From Planctomycetota bacterium (GTDB lineage Bacteria; Planctomycetota; Planctomycetia; Pirellulales; Lacipirellulaceae): a DNA stretch of 13,165 nt. The notes beneath the pieces were generated by a model. That model made no database searches. It saw nothing but the letters and a program-made list of their open reading frames with translations, and was not told the DNA's origin. The position numbers were made by a program, and so were the translations under genes. The DNA lies in NCBI GenBank assembly GCA_039190745.1, contig JBCCXZ010000085.1:1-13165 (forward strand), written 5' to 3'. Below, piece after piece: positions 7,124-13,165 of the stretch. The stretch's first letter is position 1; the number at the start of each line of letters is the position of its first letter.

Positions 7124-7612
7124 TCAGGCGCTCGCTGCGGCGGCCGGGCTGATCAGCAGTTGGTGCTGTTTGCGTTGGTTGTCGATCATCCAAGCGTCGA
7201 GCTTGGCTTGCTCTGGGTCTTGGTCGGCCAGGTTGTACTTTTCGAGAACCAACCGGCCGCTAACCGAGACGCTGCCGCCAACCTGGCCCTCGAAGCGGAG
7301 GCTGGTGTAGCGGTCGTCTTGTTTGGTTTGCTCGACGCGGATCTGGAGCTTGTTGCCGGGGGTGACGAAGTCGGCGAACTTGATCGCCCGGGCCTCGCTG
7401 AGCGTGACGATGCTGTGGGCGAAGTCGTCGCTGAGCCGGACGAGCCAGGCGCCCGCCTGTGTGGCGGCCTCCAGCATAAAAACCCCCGGCAAGACGGGGA
7501 ACTCGGGAAAGTGGTCGGCTAAGTATTCCTCGGAAAGCGTGACGCTCTTCTCCGCCGACAGCTGCACGCCGGGCTCGAAGCTGTTGATGCGATCGAGCAG
7601 GCAAAACCGCAT
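7124..7612 (-). CDS. fabZ: FabZ-like beta-hydroxyacyl-ACP dehydratase
   Basis: FCLLDRI, KSVTLSEEYLADHFPEFPVLPGVFMLEAATQ (catalytic His/Glu) and KFADFVTPG. Confidence 0.88.
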   Translation of the reverse strand: MRFCLLDRINSFEPGVQLSAEKSVTLSEEYLADHFPEFPVLPGVFMLEAATQAGAWLVRLSDDFAHSIVTLSEARAIKFADFVTPGNKLQIRVEQTKQDDRYTSLRFEGQVGGSVSVSGRLVLEKYNLADQDPEQAKLDAWMIDNQRKQHQLLISPAAAASA

Positions 7613-7757
7613 GGGAGTTGGCCTTTGTCCGGCGCCGGTGGGTAACGGGCGCTGAGCGATGGGGTCGGGCTATGCTGCAGCCGTGGGCTGGTTGGCGTCT
7701 AACTTGGTCGCGCAGGCCTGCTCTTGTTGGTCGAGCAGGAAAGATAGCGAATCCGCG

Positions 7758-7786
7758 ATTATAGTGCTGCCCCAAGTAGGGAGCAA
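7758..7786 (-). promoter_or_regulatory. Putative sigma70-type promoter of the fabZ-ACP-fabZ-fabF operon
   Basis: On the minus strand, TTGCTC (7786..7781), a 17-nt spacer and a perfect TATAAT (7763..7758), about 145 nt upstream of the FabZ-like ATG. Confidence 0.65.
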
Positions 7787-7886
7787 TGTCCGGAAACGGG
7801 GCAAACCAAGCGGACTGGCGAGATAAACGCCGGTTGGAACGACTAGGGAAACCGTTCCGTCGACCGTCCAGGCGGCGCTTGGGGGT

Positions 7887-9509
7887 CTAGTTCGTCGCTC
7901 TGCCGGTGTCGACTTGGCGGAGCAGCTCGCGGGCCTGCTGGATGAGCGGCTCGACCTCGCCGTACTCGCCGTAGAGCATGATCAGGCTGTCCAACAGCTT
8001 GCGGGCTTCGAGCAACTGGCCGGACTGGTAGAGGCGGGCGGCGCGGTCGAGCTGGGTTTGGACGAACTCGGCCAGATCGCCCTCGCCGGGGGCGGAGGAA
8101 CGGATCTTCTCGATCTGCTCGCGTGCCAATTCGACGTAGGGCCGGGCCTCGGGGTCGTCGCCTTTTCCGAAGACCGCGATGAAGGCCTCGTACTCTTTCC
8201 AGGCGGTCACCTGGTGGCCGAACTGCTGGTGCTGCCAAGCTTCTGAGAAGCGGGCCTCGGCCTCGTGCTTGGGCTGCCGGCCGGTGCGGAAGACGCTTTC
8301 GATGCTCTTGAGCGCCCGGTGCTTGGCGTAGCGGGCCTCGAAGGCGGCGATGTCTTCGGCGTGCTCGGTGTCGGGGAAGCGCTCGAGCAGGGGCGCGAGG
8401 TATTGGTCTTTGGCGCGGCGCCAGTCGACCGGGCTGTCGGAGTCCATCAGCGGCTTGGCCTTGGCGTAGAGCGCTTCTTCGCCGGGCGGCAAGAGCGACC
8501 ACACGCCGCCGCCCACCACCAACGCCAAGCAGAGCGCGAGGAACCAAGCCTGCTCGTAGAACGGCCCGCGGGGGACGCGGATCGACGAGCCGGAGTCTTT
8601 GATGCGGCGGACCTCGCTGCGGTCGCTGTCGACGGTGAGCGCGCCCCGCTGGCCGGACCACGCCTGCTGGGCGGCGCCCACGCCGGTGCTGAGCTTGTGC
8701 TTGGCGTTGGCGAGGGCGCGGTGGACCTCTTCGGCGGTGGCGAAGCGGTCGGCCCGCTTCTTGGCGATCAGCTTGGCAACGAACACGTCGAGCCACACCG
8801 GGCAGTCGAGCACGGTCTCCGAGACGCGCGGCGCCGGGCCCTCGCGGCGCTTGAGCACCAGCTCTTTCACGCTGCGGGCGGGCCACGGCGGCTGGCCTGT
8901 GAGGCAGACGTAGAGGATCGCCCCCAGGCTGAACAAGTCGCAGGCAGGCAGCTCGACCGACTGCTTGCCGCGGAACTGTTCGGGCGAGAGGAAGTGGGCC
9001 TCGTCGAGCGGCGAGCGGAAGCCAACGACCTCGTCCTGGTCGGTCCAGCAGCAGTCGAAGCCTGTGAGCTTCACTGCCCCGGCGGGGCCGAGCAGCACGC
9101 GGCCCGGGGTAAGCCGGCGGTGGGCGATCCGCTGAACGTGCGCGTGCTTCAGCGCGGCGGTGATCTTCTCGGCGAGCTCGACGACCTCCTCCCAGGGGAG
9201 CTTGCCCAGCCGCTGGAGGCGATCGGCGAGGGGCTCGCCGTCGACCAGTTCCAGGGCCAGGTAGGGCTGGCCGTTCTCGACGGCTCCGCCGTAGAGCCGG
9301 GCGATGCCGGGGTGGACCAGCTTCTGCAAACGCTTCACGTCCTCGGGGAACGTGTTCCGGCCCATAGCGCGGCGGAAGGCCTCGGGGGGCAGGAGCTTGA
9401 CGGCCATGGCCGTCTGACGCTCGATGTGGACGCCGCGGAGGACGTTGCCGTCGGGTGAGCGGTCGAGGATTTCCTCGAGCGCGAACGGGCCAATCCGCGT
9501 GAGTTGCAT
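7887..9509 (-). CDS. Membrane-anchored Hanks-type Ser/Thr kinase-fold protein, likely pseudokinase, with C-terminal helical (TPR-like) domain
   Basis: Kinase scaffold: AVKLL, LVHPGIARLY, PYLALELVDG, FLSPEQ, DLFSLGAILY, LIAKKRADRF. Catalytic motifs are degenerate (HRRLTPGR, TGFD). TM helix WFLALCLALVVGGGVWSLL is followed by a helical domain. Confidence 0.9.
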   Translation of the reverse strand: MQLTRIGPFALEEILDRSPDGNVLRGVHIERQTAMAVKLLPPEAFRRAMGRNTFPEDVKRLQKLVHPGIARLYGGAVENGQPYLALELVDGEPLADRLQRLGKLPWEEVVELAEKITAALKHAHVQRIAHRRLTPGRVLLGPAGAVKLTGFDCCWTDQDEVVGFRSPLDEAHFLSPEQFRGKQSVELPACDLFSLGAILYVCLTGQPPWPARSVKELVLKRREGPAPRVSETVLDCPVWLDVFVAKLIAKKRADRFATAEEVHRALANAKHKLSTGVGAAQQAWSGQRGALTVDSDRSEVRRIKDSGSSIRVPRGPFYEQAWFLALCLALVVGGGVWSLLPPGEEALYAKAKPLMDSDSPVDWRRAKDQYLAPLLERFPDTEHAEDIAAFEARYAKHRALKSIESVFRTGRQPKHEAEARFSEAWQHQQFGHQVTAWKEYEAFIAVFGKGDDPEARPYVELAREQIEKIRSSAPGEGDLAEFVQTQLDRAARLYQSGQLLEARKLLDSLIMLYGEYGEVEPLIQQARELLRQVDTGRATN

Positions 9510-9565
9510 GGCCGGCTTCTGCGGGATGGTCGGCCGTGTTGGAGCAGGCGGCGGCCGATACGCCC

Positions 9566-9595
9566 ATCTTAGTCAAGACGCGACGACGGGAGCAA
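9566..9595 (-). promoter_or_regulatory. Putative promoter of the pseudokinase gene
   Basis: On the minus strand, TTGCTC (9595..9590), an 18-nt spacer and TAAGAT (9571..9566). Confidence 0.4.
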
Positions 9596-9609
9596 TTCGG
9601 GCCGCGGGC

Positions 9610-10299
9610 TTAGGTCTGCGCGGGCTCGGTGGGCTGATCGCTGGCCGCGGGCGTCGCGTCGGCCTGCTCTTCCTTGGGCTTCGGCTCGGGCTCGGGTTTG
9701 CCGTTGATGATTTTGTCGACGCCCGCTTTCTGTTCGATGAGCCGCATGATCTCGTCGGTGGGGGGGCGGTCGAAGATAAAGTCGTCGACGACGAACTTCT
9801 TCTCGCCCTGGTCGGACTGGTAGGTGAGCTTAGTGATGCCCTTCTTGTCCCACTTCTTTTTGTCGATCTTGGTGATCTTGTCGTAGTCGACGCGGGGGCC
9901 CCAGCTGGCGGTGATGCCGGCGTCGTCGGCCTTCATCTCGCGGCCGAGGGTGCGGACGAGGCTGGTGAGGAACAGCAGCCCCACCGGCCCGGCCAGGGCG
10001 GCCATGATGTACTGCAGGTTGATCTCGTATTGCTCGCGGGGCTTCTCGGGCTCCGACTTGCTCCAGCCCTTCTCCTCGGCGAGCTTCGTCCACTCTTCCC
10101 AGCGGCCGACTTCACCGCTCTCCTCGTACTTCTTGCTGATCTTCTGGAACGCGGCGTAGGGCTCGCGTTGGGCCTCCTGCTGTGCGGGGTACGCCACCAT
10201 CCCGTCGTAGAGCGACCAGCAGGCCAAGCCGACGCAAAAGAAGGAGAGGAAGCCGAGGCGGAGCAAGTGTTTTTTGCTGACGGTCGCCGTGATGGTCAT
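9610..10299 (-). CDS. Hypothetical membrane protein (2 TM helices, Lys-rich beta-type C-terminal domain, low-complexity tail)
   Basis: TM1 LGFLSFFCVGLACWSLY and TM2 YIMAALAGPVGLLFLTSLV. Natural composition and GC-rich third codon positions. The tail KPEPEPKPKEEQ... is low complexity. Confidence 0.8.
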   Translation of the reverse strand: MTITATVSKKHLLRLGFLSFFCVGLACWSLYDGMVAYPAQQEAQREPYAAFQKISKKYEESGEVGRWEEWTKLAEEKGWSKSEPEKPREQYEINLQYIMAALAGPVGLLFLTSLVRTLGREMKADDAGITASWGPRVDYDKITKIDKKKWDKKGITKLTYQSDQGEKKFVVDDFIFDRPPTDEIMRLIEQKAGVDKIINGKPEPEPKPKEEQADATPAASDQPTEPAQT

Positions 10300-10508
10300 C
10301 GGAGTCGTCCCGCCGTGAGGCTGGGTTGGGTGACGTTACGGAGGTGTATGGCGCTGGGCCGAGACCCCTCATTGTAACTGAACGCCGGCGGATCGACCTA
10401 GGGTTTGGGCCGGCACATTCGTCAGAATCGATGCGAGCCGAAGCGCAAGCACGCGGACAGTTGGTTCTAGCCGGCGGCGGGACACCGAGCGTTGGCGAGG
10501 GAGGGACC

Positions 10509-10543
10509 GATTGCGGATTTCGGATTGCGGAATGCGGATTCAG
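10509..10543 (+). repeat. Heptamer tandem repeat (GATTGCG-like) x5
   Basis: gattgcg gatttcg gattgcg gaatgcg gattcag, lying just downstream of the 76-aa minus-strand ORF. Confidence 0.85.
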
Positions 10544-10561
10544 AAAGCCGGGGTCGGGCCG

Positions 10562-10792
10562 CTAGAAGTAGGCGACGCGCTGCTGCCCCGCGGTGATGCC
10601 GTGGGGTAGGAAGACCTCGCGGCGGTCGACGCGGCCGTCGACGGAGACGAGCAGCTCGGCCGTGGTCGGGGGCACGCCGCTGGGGGGTTCGCGTAGGATT
10701 ACGCTGCCTGAGCCGACGTGCGACAGCGGCATCTCGTCCTGGTCGACGAGCAGCTTCAAGACTACCGCAGCGGAATGTTCTCTTTGATCCAT
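10562..10792 (-). CDS. Small hypothetical beta-rich protein (76 aa)
   Basis: Protein-like alternating hydrophobic pattern (HSAAVVLKLLVD...PLSHVG...AELLVSVDG...VFLPHGI) and GC-rich third positions. Its ATG is the first start after an in-frame stop at 10802..10804. Confidence 0.65.
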   Translation of the reverse strand: MDQREHSAAVVLKLLVDQDEMPLSHVGSGSVILREPPSGVPPTTAELLVSVDGRVDRREVFLPHGITAGQQRVAYF

Positions 10793-11282
10793 GGCAAGAC
10801 TCTACAACAAAGCGAAAGCTTATTGCGAGTCTAAGGGGCGGAGGCTCTCTGAGGAAGCGAAGCTCGGCGCCGGAACCGACGGAGCGGTCTGGAAAACCGG
10901 CGCGGGCACCGCCGTGAAGGCTTGCGAACGCCCGAAAAACTACTCGCTCGAACTGGAATGCTATCAGCGGTTAGCGCGGGAGCGAGTGACGGAGATCCAC
11001 GGTTTGGCGGTGCCCGAACTGGAGGGCTATTCCGACGAGCTGCTCGTGATCGAGATGACGATCGTCCAGCCGCCGTACCTGCTCGACTTCGGCAAGGTGT
11101 ACCTCGATACGCCGCCGGACTACTTCGACGACGCGGAGCGGCTCGACACGTGGCGTGCCATGTGGAACGAGTTGTTCGGCGACGACGCACCCCGAGTGCA
11201 GACGGTCCTCAATGCGCTCACTCGGTTCGGCATCTATTACGTGGACCCTAAGCCGGCGAACATCCACCTCGGCGGCGAGTAA
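10791..11282 (+). CDS. Minimal protein-kinase-like protein (163 aa) with permuted DFG / catalytic-loop order
   Basis: LGAGTDGAVW (Gly loop), AVK43, E54, VPEL...IEMT hinge, LLDFGK (D99-G101) and GIYYVDPKPANI (D152/K154/N157) at the extreme C-terminus. Confidence 0.8.
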   Translation: MARLYNKAKAYCESKGRRLSEEAKLGAGTDGAVWKTGAGTAVKACERPKNYSLELECYQRLARERVTEIHGLAVPELEGYSDELLVIEMTIVQPPYLLDFGKVYLDTPPDYFDDAERLDTWRAMWNELFGDDAPRVQTVLNALTRFGIYYVDPKPANIHLGGE

Positions 11283-11363
11283 GCCCCAACGACAACTGCT
11301 TCTACTCTCTTCCGTAGGTCGCATTCACCTATATCGCAAGCTAGGCGTTCTGCGGGATTGGAG

Positions 11364-11765
11364 CTAGCTTCTCGATTCTGCTCGTTCGATCTGTGGCGAC
11401 GCATGCTCCCAAAGTCCGAGCAAGCGATCTGGGTCTTGACCAAGAGACTGTTTGAGTAGCTCAACTATCAGCCCCGTCGAAAATCCTGAAACAACTCCGT
11501 TGAACGCGAGCATGTACTCCCAACCAACAGGTGCAGGGCGGCAGGCGCGAAACCACATAGTCCCGTCATCCCAAAACCTCAGACGCACTTGATCACGGAG
11601 ATAGCATTGGAGGTCTACAACTAAACACTCCTGTTGTTCCGCTTCGTCAAACACACGTTCGCATGTCCAGGCTTCGGTAAGGTGAGTAATCCCTTTGGAA
11701 CGTGAGCGCAGGTCATCGATAAGGGAAGTCAGGTAATCTGATTGAAAGTCGGGGAAATCGACCAT
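11364..11765 (-). CDS. Hypothetical protein, lower GC (~50%)
   Basis: 133-aa ORF following the acetyltransferase gene by about 20 nt, with AGGAG (11778..11774) 8 nt before ATG 11765. Two 60-nt lines counted gave 47% and 53% GC. No recognisable motif. Confidence 0.65.
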   Translation of the reverse strand: MVDFPDFQSDYLTSLIDDLRSRSKGITHLTEAWTCERVFDEAEQQECLVVDLQCYLRDQVRLRFWDDGTMWFRACRPAPVGWEYMLAFNGVVSGFSTGLIVELLKQSLGQDPDRLLGLWEHASPQIERAESRS

Positions 11766-11786
11766 CAAACCATCTCCTAGCTATTC

Positions 11787-12956
11787 TCAAACCCTAATCG
11801 TCCACCCCTTGCGCCACATCGCGGTGAGGATCGCCCACCAGAATGCGATCGTTGCCAGGGAGAACGCGAGCGACGCCAGCTTCGGCTCGGCGATCCAGCT
11901 CGTGAACGCGGTGTCGTAGATCCACTGCTTGAGCGAGACGGTCTGGCCCTCGCCGACGGCGATCTGCTTCATGCCCAGGAAGCGGGCGAAGATGCCGGAG
12001 GCCATGAACACGAAGATCGCGTTCACGCCGACCAGCTGCAGCGGCACGGCCCAGGTGCGTTTGCCGAGGATGTCGAACACCCACAGGAACGCCGCGAGCG
12101 TGGTTGTGGCCAGCCCGGCGGTCACCAGCACGAACGAGCTGGTCCAGAGCGCTTTGTTGATCGGCATGCCGAGCAGCGCTATGCCCTCGCCGATGCCGTA
12201 GACGGCCAGCCCCACTGTGGCGAGGCGCACCGCGGCGGGCGTCGTGCGGGGCATCCGCTGCAGGGCCAGACCGACCCAGTAGCCGATAAGCGTGGTCACC
12301 ACCGAGGGGAGCGTGCTCAGCAGGCCCTCGGGGTCAGTGGGGTGGCTGGTGGCTTTGGTCCACATGTGTTCTGCGCCGATGATCGCGAGGTCTACTTGGC
12401 GGACGACATTGCCCTCTTGGGATAGGTTCTGCTCCGGCTCGCCGGGCGCGGGGGCGTAGTGCAAGAGCAGCGCGTAGCCGACCAGGATCACCCCGGCGAC
12501 GACCGCCTGGCCGCGGACCTTCAGGCCAAGGACGATCAGCGACGCGATCAGGTAAACCAGCCCGATGCGTTGTAGCACGCCGGGGTAGCGGAGCCCGGTG
12601 AGGTCGAGCGTTTCGGCCTGGCCGAGCAGCAAGCCGATGAACCTGCCGCACGCGCCGAGCAGCAGGCCAAGGAACACGAGCATCAGTGATCGCCGCACAA
12701 TCCGCATCACCACGGCGCGGGTGACGGCGCCGTCGGCCATGTACTTCTTCAGCGAGAAGGCCATCGCCACGCCGACGATGAACAGGAAGAAGGGGAAGAT
12801 CAGATCGGTGGGCGTCCAGCCGTGCCAGTCGGCGTGCTGGACGGGCGCATACATGTGGCCCCACGAGCCCGGGTTGTTGACCAGGATCATCGCGAGGATG
12901 GTGGCGCCGCGGAAGGCGTCGAGCGAGAGGAGGCGTTCGGGTTTGGCGTTGGTCAC
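11787..12956 (-). CDS. Heparan-alpha-glucosaminide N-acetyltransferase-like (HGSNAT/NagX/DUF5009-type) membrane acyltransferase
   Basis: RLLSLDAFRG..ILAMILVNNPGSW..YAPVQHADWHGWTPTDLIFPFFLFIVG, PGVLQRIG, DPEGLLST, PINKALWTSSFVL and GVNAIFVF, with many TM helices. Confidence 0.92.
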   Translation of the reverse strand: MTNAKPERLLSLDAFRGATILAMILVNNPGSWGHMYAPVQHADWHGWTPTDLIFPFFLFIVGVAMAFSLKKYMADGAVTRAVVMRIVRRSLMLVFLGLLLGACGRFIGLLLGQAETLDLTGLRYPGVLQRIGLVYLIASLIVLGLKVRGQAVVAGVILVGYALLLHYAPAPGEPEQNLSQEGNVVRQVDLAIIGAEHMWTKATSHPTDPEGLLSTLPSVVTTLIGYWVGLALQRMPRTTPAAVRLATVGLAVYGIGEGIALLGMPINKALWTSSFVLVTAGLATTTLAAFLWVFDILGKRTWAVPLQLVGVNAIFVFMASGIFARFLGMKQIAVGEGQTVSLKQWIYDTAFTSWIAEPKLASLAFSLATIAFWWAILTAMWRKGWTIRV

Positions 12957-12985
12957 GGCGGGTCCAAGGGGCGGACGGATGAGGG

Positions 12986-13047
12986 AACACTGATCGACGC
13001 TAATCTACACTGATCCGGATGAGTGGGGATTAGCGCAGATTCGTGTT
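12986..13047. repeat. 10-nt-period microrepeat with inverted copy
   Basis: acactgat-cg-acgctaat-ct-acactgat (12987..13014). Segment 12986..13005 is the reverse complement of 13028..13047 at 16/20 positions. Confidence 0.6.
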
Positions 13048-13165
13048 CCTCCGCGAAACTCCTTCGCTGCGGCGGGGTTCTGCGTTATACAGGCCTCAAG
13101 ACCCCGAAGACTGGATTCTCTGCGGACCCCTGGTTAGCCGGCGAGGCGTTGCTCGCCCGCGGTGA

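Noticed and set aside
7020..7193. 58-aa N-terminal extension of the ACP in the ORF track (start 7193)
   Set aside because: It overlaps the upstream FabZ-like gene, is low-complexity, and a good GGAGG RBS precedes ATG 7019.
7843..9576. 577-aa Arg/Pro-rich minus-strand ORF and the 397-aa plus-strand ORF 8265..9458
   Set aside because: Alternate-frame and antisense shadows of the kinase-fold gene, typical of high-GC DNA, with no motifs.
9672..9702. Tandem ctcggg/cttcgg hexamers
   Set aside because: Explained by the coding low-complexity tail KPEPEPKPK.
10371..10376. Minus-strand TACAAT -10 box upstream of the two-TM gene
   Set aside because: No convincing -35 at proper spacing, so it is insufficient on its own.
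9424..10377. 317-aa plus-strand ORF
   Set aside because: Antisense shadow of the two-TM protein gene.
10791..11282. Mini-kinase as a frameshifted or truncated pseudogene of a normal kinase
   Set aside because: No DFG-containing continuation is apparent after the stop, and a complete LLDFG already sits internally. The idea is disfavoured, though only a homologue alignment can exclude it.
13134..13165. Possible hairpin/REP start (gcgag...ctcgc) at the window end
   Set aside because: Too short and cut off by the window edge to support a call.

Overview
High-GC (~65-70% by eye) bacterial window, most consistent with a planctomycete (Pirellulales-like), judged from a PEP-CTERM protein, an LRR protein with an N-terminal RFxFRLRTL+TM motif and abundant short intergenic repeats. 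The + strand carries an LRR membrane protein, an acidic PEP-CTERM protein coupled (GTGA overlap) to an HTTM/vitamin K-dependent gamma-carboxylase-like gene, and a small helical/HEAT-like protein. The - strand carries a two-TM membrane protein, a membrane Hanks-type pseudokinase and a type II fatty-acid-synthase-like operon (FabZ-like, an unusually long ACP, a second FabZ-like, FabF). Next come a 76-aa ORF and a 163-aa kinase-like ORF arranged head-to-head on a shared CATG, a lower-GC orphan and an HGSNAT/NagX-like acetyltransferase. The most unusual signals are (1) the mini-kinase, whose DFG motif lies before its D-x-K-x-x-N catalytic loop, an apparent motif permutation; (2) the PEP-CTERM/gamma-carboxylase-like pair bracketed by 28-bp direct repeats; (3) the long ACP with an AcpXL-like helix and the neighbouring pseudokinase. 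No rRNA, tRNA, CRISPR array or transposase was seen. All family calls come from motif recognition by eye, not from database searches.
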